Shown piece by piece: positions 41,887-54,449 of a DNA stretch of 64,000 bases (positions are counted from its first letter, which is position 1; each line of letters starts with the position of its first letter). The translations under genes were made by a program, and so were the position numbers. Under the pieces are notes generated by a model. The model saw only the letters and a list, made by a program, of their open reading frames with translations. It was not told the origin of the DNA and did not search any database. Source of the stretch: Euprymna scolopes (lineage: Eukaryota); assembly GCA_053919585.1 (NCBI GenBank), contig CM132798.1; one strand, given 5' to 3'.

Positions 41887-42330
41887 CTAGCTGTACATAG
41901 CTACGCATCATTTTGGTGAGTTTGGTTAACTGGAAAACAATTCAAAAAGCAAAATAACATGCACGCGTCTTTATATGTTTATATTTTTTGTATTTGTGGT
42001 TACGCAATATTTTATGGCGTTCCATTTTCTATGTCGATATAAAGATTGTTCGACTTGCCCATTGTAGAACATACACCATATAATTCTGCACGGGAAAAGC
42101 CATCAATGTGTAGATCTAACTGAAAAAAAGCAAGGATTATCCTTGAGCCTTGTTGATGGTTATTGCAAACGGCAAGCGAACTGTGAAGTGAACTATCTTA
42201 AATTATTATGGTATGTCTGTTGAAATCATTCTATGCACGGTACCTGTGCTCGTTATTCCTGCGAACGAATAAGGGAAAATATGGGGACTTTATTTTACTA
42301 TGGGCGTGCATGCAAACACCCAGTTAATAT
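41887..42330 (-). mobile_element. Helitron 3' end with decayed PIF1 helicase C-terminus
   Basis: The minus strand reads MISTDIP..VHFTVRLPFAITINKAQG*S..LDL..DGFSRAELYGVCS (cf. FPVRLAFAMTINKSQGQ..FSHGQLYVACSR). Terminal CTAG at 41887-41890. Confidence 0.85.
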
Positions 42331-44909
42331 GTTAAATTAAATAGTTTTGCTGATTTTGTTTCACATGAAATTATTATCCATAATAAATCGATGGAAAAAA
42401 TGAAACAAAAACATTTTTTTGGAAAATAAACTAACAAGTTAGAGACTGATGGTTATTCAGAAGTAAGAAAGAAAAGGGAAAGGGATGTAAAAGTTTTTTT
42501 TTTAATGAAATAATATGGCAAACTGCTGTGTTTTTATTCTAATAAATATACTTATTTACCCACATTTAATAGAGAAATATTTCTTTCGAGGTATATCATC
42601 GTTATTGTAGTGTAAAATAAAAATGATATTTTTTTTAAGTGAAACCCATAGAACCTTCTTATTTGTTATGTCGTAGTAATCCAAATATTCAAAAATTACA
42701 AAAGACGACGAGGGAGTAAATTCCTTTTTAAAAAAGTCGTTTTCGAAGAAATCAGAAATTTTGACTATTTCCTTATGCGTACGTCACATGTCGCGTGCAA
42801 ACAAGTATGGCAGAGATTATTTCTTCCTTGAATCATGAAAGTAAATATTTATATCTAAAAACTACTTAGCTTATTGTGACATGCCAATTTGGTAGATAAT
42901 ATTAGTTGTTTAAAAAGTGGCAGAAATGTAAGTTTTTATTGTTTTATTTAAATTAAAAACTAACAAGCAAAAACCCATTTTCTTACTCGGTGACTGGAAC
43001 AATGAACACCTACCACATATATTTTCTTTATTTTCGTTATATTTTATTTTTGAGCGGGCAATTAGTGATAAGAGACTAATAAAACTCAATATTTAAAGAC
43101 ATTAAGAGGTGATCATTTTCCAATGGCAGGTTCTTGTATTTTTATTCCATTTTATGAGAATCATTCAACGGAAGCATGAAATCAAATCATTGGCCGGGTT
43201 GCTGAGAGATTGTTTTTGTCCCTATGAATGTTTCAGGAGAAAATATTTGGCAGACATTCATTAAGTAGAATCGGCAACAATTAAAAATATATATATATGC
43301 TAAAAGTTCGATATTTAAAGATTTTTAGCGTCACCTAGTTTCTAATACAACGTAAGTAAAAATAGAAGTTTGTTGTGGTTTCCCGATGAAACTTGTAAAT
43401 CTTAATGTATTAATGTTAAGTTAAATAGCTAAGTAAAATAAATTGTTCGAGTATTCATTTCCAAACTCGTTTCAATCTAAGTAATTATAGAAACTAAAAT
43501 AAGAATTAACCACAGTTAATACAATTCTGATCAAACAACGGCAAACAATTAAAAGACCTCTTTAATCAACCGATTTCATGTATCTTTCGAGAGTTTCATA
43601 TATAGGAGATAGATTTACTAGAACGATTTATTAGAAACTGCGTATCCCTTAAAAGTCATTAATTTTTTTTCACATTCTGTTTCTGCTGATGAAGAAATCT
43701 GAAAGAAAACGAAACAATATATAATTGTTGTTTGCATTGCACAGGTAAGAGTTTTTATCGATTAAATTATTAACAGATTTATGTCAGATAATAGCATGGA
43801 TGGGTATTGTGAACCAGGTGTAATTCAACGTTCGATTATCATTGGCCGGAACATGAAGTCGACATTCGTATTATATGGAGCACCGCCTATAAAATCATTA
43901 TTGCACAATGTAAAGAATAATAGCAAAAAATGTTGAAAGCAAAAAAAAAGAAAAGAAAAAAAAACGCCAACCATTATTTGGAGTTTTATTTTTAATTTTC
44001 TTTTAATAATAACTGCCAATAAAAGTTGAAAAATAATAATTGTGGGGAATACGTTTAAGGAAATATTTTTAAAAATTGTCAAAGAAAACGATCAAACATA
44101 TTTTGCCATTTTTATGCGTCAAATTCGTTTTTTATCAAGAATAAAAGGAAACAAAATTGTTATTTCCCAAGTATTGTTTAATCTGCGTTTAAAGATTCAA
44201 TGTATTAGTATCTTCTATGATTTGAATGTAAGAATTCTGTATTTATTTCTTCCAATAATTATCACAAATTCGTCTGTAAGGTGCGTGCTGCAGCCTTGTT
44301 ATAATTCTGGGTTCTGATTTGCGGATAGACATGTTACGTCAAACCGCAACAATACCCAAGCTGTTGCTCTACAGAATCCTACTGTTGACGTCATAATGTA
44401 GGCAAAACTGAGCGAATGTGAAGATACGTATTACCCAAATATGTTATTATTCATTTGGATGTATGTATTTCTTTTATAAAATTAATTATATAGGATATAT
44501 TTATATGCAAATATACATAAAAAAACAAACGGTTTATTTAGAGTCTGCAGCAATTTATTCTTGTGAAAATGTGTCTGTATGAACTCATCGTTTAAGAAAA
44601 TACTGTGAAATTTGATATTTTATTAGTCTAACATGGCCGATGAATCACCAACGGTGATATTTCCCACACAATAAAATTTGCATGTCGTTACAAGAGAAAA
44701 CTACTTATTTTGTTATATAAAAATTAAGTAAAGCGTAATAATTAAAAACACCGATGTAAAACACGCATACTATGAGAAATTCCATATACAGTAGCCATCT
44801 TTCTTTTTGTTCAGCCGACCAAGAATTAATGAACGGCCGAAATTGGTTTAAATTTGAATGGGTCAGGTGATTTGCTTGGCGCGCTTTTTGTATAATGGTT
44901 CCCTTTTCA

Positions 44910-45505
44910 GTCTAGACAAAACTCGGCATCGGGATGGACTCAAAACCCAGCAACTTCCACGGGAGGGAGTTTAGACAATGCCTACATGTTGTAGCATCAA
45001 ACAGTTGGTGAACGAAGGACCACATCTCTACAAGGAGAGTCAAATTATCCTGCCGAATCTATCAAAATTAAGGATGACATTCAAGAACTGTTATTCATGT
45101 ATATCTACCAAATATTGAATCTTATCTCACTTAATTTTGAGTCCTAAATGGCGCACATTTACTTAATTATAGGGGTTAACATTCACGCCGAGTTCACCAT
45201 AAAGATCCATGGACCCTTCTGAGGAACAACGAATTACATTCCGACCATAGGAATTAATACTAAAAGCTCAAGGCAAATACGATCACCGTTTTGAAAGAAA
45301 TGCAAAACATTTTTAGTTTAAAAGGTATGGCTTTTGTATTTGTAGATTATTTTCCTTCTACCGGGAAGAAATTGAGATGTGAGAATTAATTTCTTACAAT
45401 GCATATGATTAAAATGATATCCCAAAATATTGTTCAGTCGGTTCTGTAGTTTTTAAATTAGCAATTAGTTACATAGGAACAATTGCATGTTTTATTCATA
45501 TAGAT
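44910..45505 (-). mobile_element. Non-autonomous Helitron-like element
   Basis: CTAG plus a GC-rich subterminal stretch (tctagacaaaactcggcatcggg) at the left end and ...gttttattcatatagat (minus-strand ATCT start) at the right end. Confidence 0.4.
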
Positions 45506-45688
45506 AGCAGCTGATATACCCGTTATTATTCATGACGTTATACAATAAATGATGTCATCTCCCCAAGCACACCAAAAGGCGAGCGAAATAGAGAGAATTT
45601 GGAAGTGAATATCTGATGCAGAAAACATAGAGAGGAAAATGAGGACAGGATGAGAGAATTGACGAAAGGACGTAAAGAAATAAAATAG

Positions 45689-45751
<63 letters not shown>

Positions 45752-47229
45752 GGGGTCGCGATTTCGAATCTCGCTAGATTCACCCACTCTGATTAGTCGT
45801 AGACAACAAAACACGTGTCAGCGGATAATTNNNNNNNNNNNNNNNNNNNNNNNNNNNNNNNNNNNNNNNNNNNNNNNNNNNNNNNNNNNNNNNNNNNNNN
45901 NNNNNNNNNNNNNNNNNNNNNNNNNNNNNNNNNNNNNNNNNNNNNNNNNNNNNNNNNNNNNNNNNNNNNNNNNNTAAAGGCGAAAATATGTAGACATATT
46001 TTATGTTGATTTTATAAGAGATGGAAAAATAAAATCGAGGGTTCGCATAGTAAGAAGAGAGAGGTTGGCGATGACAAATATTTAAGCATGGGTCGAAATA
46101 CACGTGAATTGAGAAGTAAGAAGTGTAGAATTTGACAGAATTGGAAAGTGATTATGTAGTAAACGTTGCGCCTGGGAGTTGTTTGCCACCCATGAGTAAG
46201 TAAAAACAAAACAAACAAATAGCAAAACAAAAACCATGAACTTTCAAGCGACATTTTGTCAAATTGTTTAATGAGGCAATACAGATGACTTATTAACAAG
46301 GACGAAGAGTTATCTTATGTAACAGTAGACATCGATCGTCGAATAGTTGATTCCCATACTTGGATTCATGCGATGGCGTGGTTTTAAAAAAAATCTGACT
46401 TAAAAGCTATTGCAAGAGATGGAGTGTAAAGTAGTTTACTTAAATCTGTGTAAATGCCATATGACTGAAAAGGATTTTAATAGGAAGGACTAAATTTCCG
46501 TATATAATAGTTTATCAAATCTGACATTTTCTCGTCCAGGTGGGATAGTAAAATATAGAGATAGCATCGGCTACGTTGCCCCCGTGCCTAAAGACTTAAT
46601 ATGCAATACTGGCAACAAGAACATGGCGTTGCGGCTCCGTCCACTACGGTGTAAATGAATTCGAAATAAATATGTGCCAAACATTATGCCTGTTTATTAT
46701 GTGTTTTCTGTATTGGAATCAAATGTCGAATGCATTCTGCTTCCAGCGTCAACAACGATTAGTGAGTATTAAACGTTGGCAACGAGAAACACGGCAAAAA
46801 ATCTCCCTACCTATCTCCAGCTGGAATGTGTTTTTCCTTGGTTTATTTGTGATTAATACGAAATTAAAATTACATCCTAGAAAATAATGGAAGCATTAAT
46901 AACCGATAAAATCAAAGATCATTTAAAACAACCGTGCATCATCACTTCTGTTCTGTGTCAAATGATAATGGACGTTTCTTGTAAGGATAACTGTGCGTTT
47001 AATTGGGAGAGTAAGCTTGACGAATCCCGTACAAAAGCTCTCTTAAATCGTATTGCGCGCGTATATTGTCACTGAGAAGTCCAGCACTTGGCATTCCGAA
47101 TGGTATTTTTTTAGTACGAACAAAGCTCAACACTGCTTGGTATCCGTAAGAAAACGGGAAATGTGTGTCAACGTGACTATGCTGTATATGTATATATATA
47201 AATGGTTTCCCTGACGGTATAATCTCTAA

Positions 47230-47551
47230 TCATATCCACCAATATCTTGCTAAATGTAATACCAAGCCTTTCTTTGGTCGGCTAAATGTCCAGTTTATCT
47301 GAACCTCCATTATATTGGTTCTATCAGCAAAGGGTGTCTATGCGCTGCAGCCTCGTGTGGTGTTCGGCACTAAAATTGCCTTCCCAGCGTTTAAGAATGA
47401 TATACTTCCCAGACTACACACATGTTTAGTTGTATATCAATTTAAATGCCAGTGTGATGCTGACTATGTGGGCCGTACGTTTCAACGTCTGGGAGTCAGA
47501 TTGGTACAGCATGTCCCGGCGTGTTTTTTAAAGTCCCAGCGTATTTTATAG
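47230..47551 (+). mobile_element. Penelope-like GIY-YIG endonuclease fragment
   Basis: ORF 47315-47551 reads VVYQFKCQCDADYVGRTFQRLGVRLVQHVP. Confidence 0.88.
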
Positions 47552-47899
47552 ATAATCTTAGTTAAGGCATAATATAGTTGTGGTCAAAATTATTTTGTGA
47601 ATTTAACATTTGAAGCAACAAATGTAATGTCTCCCTCGATACTTCACTTCAAAACATCTTACTTTACTGAAGTACATATAATTATATACATCTCATTAAT
47701 ACGCGATGTATGATATTTTCATTATGTGTGCCAACATGAATTGTTAGTGTGTTAATTATAATCTAGAATATCGTACATAACACTAACCACGAATAAATAC
47801 AGGTTTAGACACAGCTATTCTTAAACCTGTCCGTATAACATGGTAAGTATCATAACAAGACAGGATTTAAATTGTAAATTGTAAATGAAGCTTATTAAA

Positions 47900-48560
47900 T
47901 CAATTGCAAATTTCACAGATATTAGTATATCTTCCATAGTATTATCTACAGCGCAAAAAAATGATTGTTTTCTTATTATTTAATTCCAGGATAGTGTTCC
48001 AAGTAATTGATATTTATTAATTTCGCTAAAATTAAATATAACCAATCAATACACTAATGATCGGGTGTATATTCGATTATTCAGGTGAGATAAGTCCCAA
48101 TTTTTACAAGTCATCTTATAAGTAATTCATTAGATATAAACCGAAAACAAATTGCTTATACTGTCTAAAATATTATATCCAATGCGGTATGTCGATTGCC
48201 TTCCTTAAGTATTTAGTATGAATTTTCAAATCCCTTATCTTTTCATTAGCTTAATATTAGAAACTCTACCAGATGCAATAAATCATCTAATAATTCACAT
48301 AATCCAACTGAAATATAATGTTATGATATTATCCATCGCTTGAAACGAAATTCTTTTATAATCTCTTGAACTTGATTTAGCAAGTATATTTGCCAAGTAA
48401 TTTTGAAATCATTTTTCATGGACTCAGATTTTTCGTATTATTACTGATTTTATAGAGATTTCCTCACGGCTCCCCCTTCACTTAATTATGCATATACCCC
48501 TACGCTCATTTAAATTATTATTCAGAATAGGAGTTTCCGCTAGAGTTGTTGTACTTTTTG
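47900..48560 (-). mobile_element. Possible decayed LINE endonuclease remnant
   Basis: Faint GY....GG.V-like (~48455-48500) and GD...P-like (~48080-48105) traces on the minus strand. Confidence 0.25.
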
Positions 48561-50669
48561 GTGCTAAATTTTGTCACGTTTGAAAATTCCTTTTCCTAAA
48601 TTTACAACTGTAAGCAAGACATAGACATTGTAAATGGCGTTTGATAAATCTCGACAAGAACTTCCAGAACTTACTGCTACACTTGATCTTCAATGTTTAC
48701 ATCTGCTTCTATAGAGGTATTTTACACACACTATTGCATCTAGTCTAGTAGCTTTCATCGAGGAAACCCTCCACAGCATTAAAATAAGTTGGCTTTCGCT
48801 ATTTACTTCCCTCTGGCAGAACTAGTAATGGCAGTCGTTACACAGTTCACGAATATGCTTAACAAAATGATTAGCAAACGATCGTCTATGAGCAGCCATA
48901 AGCATTATAAATCTCTCCTGATGAACATAGAGCAATCTGAAGAGTTTTCTTAAATGTTATCGTAACTATTTCTCACTCTATCTATCTATATGCGCACACA
49001 CGCACATGCACNNNNNNNNNNNNNNNNNNNNNNNNNNNNNNNNNNNNNNNNNNNNNNNNNNNNNNNNNNNNNNNNNNNNNNNNNNNNNNNNNNNNNNNNN
49101 NNNNNNNNNNNNNNNNNNNNNNNNNNNNNNNNNNNNNNNNNNNNNNNNNNNNNNTACAATTAAAACACACTATTTGCGTATGATCTAGAAATGGGATCCA
49201 ATTCATATATAACTAATTAAGACTTAATTTAATACTCTCTTCAGTCGATACAATATTCAATATATACAACGTTCCATTCAATGGAATAATCATATTTTCA
49301 ACTAATAATATACCCAACAACATGTACTTCTTTTAATTAATGAGGCGTATGTTTATGTTTGAACAATGAACGAAACTTTAGAATGCTTTGCTATTTTTGT
49401 GGAGTATATGAATAGAATGTATATCCACGTGTGCAATTTAATATAATAAGTATATACACAGCTGCATAAATATAAATACNNNNNNNNNNNNNNNNNNNNN
49501 NNNNNNNNNNNNNNNNNNNNNNNNNNNNNNNNNNNNNNNNNNNNNNNNNNNNNNNNNNNNNNNNNNNNNNNNNNNNNNNNNNNNNNNNNNNNNNNNNNNN
49601 NNNNNNNNNNNNNNNNNNNNNCAGTCTATTATTAAGAGAACCTGCTAAATCCAAACATACTCACTCAAAGTTTGAAAATCATCATCAACTAAATATGCTT
49701 ATATATCAATAAACACATATATGCACGTTTTGTTAATGTATACCGATATATAATCGTAAATTTATTTATATATGTATAACTAGGTGAATACTTATATATT
49801 TTTATTATTACATAAACACATTAATATAGCTGCAAAACTGTAGATGCTAATAAACAGTACACACCGGATGTTTTCGTCAGGCGACTAAATAAATGGTTAC
49901 ATTCCACAAAATATTACAATATCCAGTGTCGAAACCACGTAGACGTGTTTATATTAACAAAATATATCCTGCTTCTTTCTTATTATGCACTTTTGATAAA
50001 CTCGTTAAATTCAGTTGTTATTACTCGTGATACATATAGCCTAGTGTATGTAAATATATATATATATGTGTGTGTGTGTATGTGTGTGAGCGTGTGTATA
50101 TAGGTGTATGTGTGTGTTTGTGTGTGTCTGTACAGAGAGATTGAGAGAAGGTAGGGGAGAAGTAGCCCGCAAGAGAAAACAGAAAAATTTAAATATAGAT
50201 AGACATGTATATGTGTGGGCCGATCTCCCATGTGTGTGTCAGGTTTTATTTTTTGTAATTCTCATAGCTTCTCGCAATTCGATATAGGAAAGCCTCGTTG
50301 CATGCACATAAAACTGATTTATGAATAATTGCTGCCTTTTGAAATATTTAGCAAACGAATGAGGGTTCGGATGCGTGCGATCCACAAAGGGACCCCATGG
50401 AATTGGCAAGGCAATCAGCCGCACTAATGTGGATCGTTAATCAAATATATTATGCAAGATATAATAAAAAAAAACAATTGCAAATCACACGGAGATTGTT
50501 TAAAATATAGAAAAAAGGAAATGGAGAAAGAAAATCGAATCACATGCACAACAGCATTAATATGTGATGTACATAAAAAATCGTGCACTAATCGCTTTAG
50601 GAAAGATTTATCCACAAAACATATCAAATCAGTATACCAACCGTTACTTACTGATGAAAACATACATTA

Positions 50670-50738
<69 letters not shown>

Positions 50739-50913
50739 CATGTGTGTGTTGTGTAATTGGGGGGGCCTGTGCGTGCATTAAGCTGTAAGATATGTAGCAT
50801 ACTACCAGTTTTCTGAATTAGTTTCTGTTACTATACGATATGGTCCATATATTATTTATTTTTAAGATCTGCTAACATACTTGGAACTAGAACATGGCGT
50901 TGTAATTTAGATA

Positions 50914-50998
<85 letters not shown>

Positions 50999-51175
50999 AG
51001 ATAAAATTAAAAGCCAAGAACAATGCGAGATTTTTTTTTTATATATAGAGTAAAATTAAATGCAAACAAAAGAAATAAAATTCTTTTTTTTGTTGTTTGT
51101 TTTTTCTTTTTCACACAAATTTTAACTCTAAACAACAGTATTTTTTTTTTCTGTTGTATTCAATGGTGTTGTAAA

Positions 51176-51215
51176 TCTCAATATATTTCAGACTTATTAG
51201 TCCATTTTCAAGAGA
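51176..51215 (-). ncRNA. Minimal type I hammerhead ribozyme (U3-A8 variant) in the 3' pseudo-LTR
   Basis: Exact reverse complement of 52344-52383. Confidence 0.75.
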
Positions 51216-52343
51216 AGACAGCGGAAGAGTGTTCAAAATTGGAAAAGTAGCCGCAGAGTTTGCCACGTGATACCGCGAAATATAGAACAAAAAATGACGT
51301 TAGGAGAACGTTAAAATAAATCAGTTGATGTTTGAAATACTTGTTGCGTTTGTGAATCAAGGGAGATGACTATTCAAGCAAGGTTTTTTTTTTTAATTAT
51401 TGTTTTTCTTATGTTTTAAACTTATATTATAAAAGCGGAGCTACATTCCAGTCTATTGTTTAATGTGGGAGTATTTTTTGAAATAGTTAAAGATTCGAGG
51501 ATACGAAGTTGACCTACGTTTCTTGAAGAAGCAAGAATGTTGATGTGAAAATCTGGTTCTGAATTAATGCAAGTGCGAATATGTTTATAGAACGACGAAG
51601 CAGTAGTGTTTAAGTGCTCTTTAATGCGGTGATGAAGCAATCTGGTAGTGCTTCCGATGTAAGATGCACTGCATTTGGCGCATTGTAGGTCGTAAACAAC
51701 GTGGTTCTTAAAGCATAAACCTGTGTGTGATATTGGGCAATTAGAGAGTGAACAAGGGGAAGGTGTATGCGATGGATGTTTTCGGTTGAGCTGTTGTCTT
51801 AAAGTAGATCCAGTGTGGATGAGTTGAATGTTGAGCCCCTCGCTGCGGATGGCTTTTCGGATTGAAGATGAGATTTTGTCACTGAGGAAGGGTAGTTTTA
51901 GAAAACAATTGTTAGAGAAGGGTCGGGTGTTGCGTTTTTTTCTTTTTAAGTGAGGATAGGATCGTATTAGGGTAGCCGTTTAGTGAGAGGGTCTGTAGGA
52001 AATTGTTAGTGTGTGTATGTTTGTCGGAGATGTTAGTGCATTTGTCTTGTATGCGTGAGATTTCGGCATGTGCGTAGTTTAGTTTGTCCTTGAGAGGTAG
52101 CGCAGATTTGAAATGTACGAAGAGGCGTTTGCTGGCGGGTTTTCTGTAGAATTCAGTGCATATAAAAAAAAAACACCTTGCTTGAATAGTCATCTCCCTT
52201 GATTCACAAACGCAACAAGTATTTCAAACATCAACTGATTTATTTTAACGTTCTCCTAACGTCATTTTTTGTTCTATATTTCGCGGTATCACGTGGCAAA
52301 CTCTGCGGCTACTTTTCCAATTTTGAACACTCTTCCGCTGTCT

Positions 52344-52383
52344 TCTCTTGAAAATGGACTAATAAGTCTGAAATATATTGAGA
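52344..52383 (+). ncRNA. Minimal type I hammerhead ribozyme (U3-A8 variant) in the inverted pseudo-LTR
   Basis: TCTC-TTGAAAA-T-GGACT-aata-AGTCT-GAAA-TATA-TT-GAGA: stem I TCTC/GAGA, stem II GGACT/AGTCT, palindromic ATATAT stem III. Confidence 0.75.
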
Positions 52384-52601
52384 TTTACAACACCATTGAA
52401 TACAACAGAAAAAAAAAATTACTGTCGTTTAGAGTTAAAATTTGTGTGAAAAAGAAAAAAACAAACAACAAAAAAAAGAATTTTATTTCTTTTGTTTGCA
52501 TTTAATTTTACTCTATATATAAAAAAAATCTAGCATTGTTCTTGGCTTTTAATTTTATCTTATAATTTTCTTCAACAATGCTTCAAGCAAATTACAACCT
52601 A

Positions 52602-52655
<54 letters not shown>

Positions 52656-52674
52656 CTTCCATACGCAGTACTGT

Positions 52675-52990
52675 TTTGCTGTATCACAGCACATCAGTGG
52701 TGCTTAACAGGCAACTACTTTAAGCCAGGATCGAAACTCGACTATCCAAACGGGCATTACACCATAAGGCTGCAACTGTGCGTTTATTGAATTTACGATG
52801 TTTTAACATCATCCAAATGCTAAAGCTTGATTTTTTCACCAAGAGCATCGCTAATAGAAGATCGTATATCACTACACAATATGCTCAACCCCCATCCACA
52901 TACAATAATATTTCGCTGCATCACAGATAATCAGTACTACTCCTACCTAAAGTCAGGATCGAAACCCAACAGACCAAACGAAAGTCAAAA
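52675..52990 (-). repeat. Two ~227-bp-spaced units with tRNA/SINE-like B box
   Basis: atcacag...aag.caggatcgaaac.c.ac...ccaaacg at ~52684-52752 and ~52920-52980. GTTTCGATCC on the minus strand. Runs into a gap. Confidence 0.55.
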
Positions 52991-53279
52991 NNNNNNNNNN
53001 NNNNNNNNNNNNNNNNNNNNNNNNNNNNNNNNNNNNNNNNNNNNNNNNNNNNNNNNNNNNNNNNNNNNNNNNNNNNNNNNNNNNNNNNNNNNNNNNNNNN
53101 NNNNNNNNNNNNNNNNNNNNNNNNNNNNNNNNNNNATGAATCAAATGCTGCTGAAAAAGACAAATCTATTTTAATGTAATATTTTTTTCCAATTTATAAT
53201 TTTTAGCTTGCGCTTAAATTCGCTAATATTTTGCAACATTAATAAAGGCTACTGTTGGCTAGACAGATTTTTCTTAATC

Positions 53280-54020
53280 CTAGCACGTTGCAACTACGCT
53301 TAAACATGATTTTATTTTATGTTATGCAGATTGCATATGTATTAATATAGGCTCCGTCATTTATTGAATCTTCTAATATATTACGAGGATCGGTTTTCCT
53401 GCTTTACTAATAGATAATAAAATAACAATATTATAATGATAATTTCGTCCATCAAATTCCCTCTGTGTTTGTTTACAAAATAACGCCAGATAGTATTTCG
53501 GCTTGATTATTAATGCCCTGGAAATGTAACTTCTGATTAATTCTTACCTTTTAAATATGCAAACGATGAAATGCTTTGCGGGGAATTTAATTGCCGTTCC
53601 TTTATCGTTAATTTAATTCATTATCAGGAAAAGAACTAAAATAAAATGGCAAGGTAAACCCAGGCTTGAACAGGGGATCATACGATCTGCAGTCGAATGC
53701 TCTACCAGTAAGTTATATTTCCAGATGACAATAATTATTTTTTTAAGAATGAATCATTTACTTAGATTTAATTTTTCCTTAGCCGGTGTAATATAAAACA
53801 TTCCCCTATAGAACGTCTTCATTTTATCTATGAGATAAAAAGACTATTTTAGTGATCGGACTTTTCAATTTTTGATACTTACCTAATGAATTATGTGCAA
53901 ACCTTATTTAAGAAAACTGCCAGGCGTATAAATTAGATTTGTGTTAAATTTTCAAAAGATAGACACAGCTGTATCGGAACCTATGAGGAAGGGACTCAAA
54001 CGCAAACAAAATGTGTTTTC

Positions 54021-54030
<10 letters not shown>
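53280..54030 (-). mobile_element. Non-autonomous Helitron-like element enclosing the tRNA-Cys copy
   Basis: cCTAGcacgttgcaactacgc at the left end. The right end aaattttcaaaagat...ggaacctatgagg...caaacaaaatgtgttttcttataatata runs into (TA)n, similar to the ends at ~10140, ~45500 and ~55380. Confidence 0.4.
53651..53722 (-). pseudogene. tRNA-Cys(GCA) pseudogene / tRNA-derived module
   Basis: Minus strand GGAAATATAACTTACTGGTAGAGCATTCGACTGCAGATCGTATGATCCCCTGTTCAAGCCTGGGTTTACCTT. The anticodon arm TCGA-CTGCAGA-TCG matches metazoan tRNA-Cys; acceptor, D and T stems carry mismatches. Confidence 0.85.
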
Positions 54031-54115
<85 letters not shown>

Positions 54116-54449
54116 GTTTCGCATTAGATTTGCGAGTTTCAGGAAAGTGTTTGTCCTAGTCAATATTCTGATTTTATTTTATGATGTCTCTATAGAAACA
54201 GCTGTAAAACATGTAATATTTAGCAGCAAGTTGGTAAATATATAGCAGATATAAATGGTCGACAAAATATATGTTCACTTTTCTATGACTACGCTATCCA
54301 TACAGTTCTATTTTTCAAATGGCTAACCACATATCAAGCGCCGGAGGGCTACTCGAGAATAAGGGTGTATGTGTATTTTTTTTCATTAGCATAGTTGCAT
54401 AAAAATCGTTTATAGAATTAATTTGGTATAAATAGATCATTTACGAGGA

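Larger units (their letters stand above)
50995..52563 (-). mobile_element. Young 5'-truncated Penelope-like element with inverted ~400-bp pseudo-LTRs
   Basis: 50995-~51393 is the reverse complement of ~52165-52563, with only a few differences. The interior encodes the RT thumb (TEFYRKP..LFVHFKSALP...LSLNGYP), one frameshift in an A-run (~51935-51947), a Cys-rich linker CSLSNCPISHTGLC and GIY-YIG VVYDLQCAKCSASYIGSTTRLLHHRIKEH...LRILES...PTLN, with a stop at 51422. Confidence 0.95.

Noticed and set aside
43686-43715. CTGATGA-AG-aaat-CT-GAAA hammerhead-like core
   Set aside because: No NUH site or stem I/III partner follows.
50452-50673. Cys/His-containing ORF resembling a piggyBac C-terminal cysteine-rich domain
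   Set aside because: The Cys spacing is not convincing and no upstream DDD-transposase motifs were recognised.
51422-52160. Selenoprotein-type (Naiad-like) PLE
   Set aside because: GIY-YIG is C-terminal, no in-frame UGA was seen in the translated segment, and the only break is an A-run frameshift.
53651-53722. Functional tRNA-Cys gene
   Set aside because: Acceptor, D and T stems contain multiple mismatches, so it is treated as a pseudogene.
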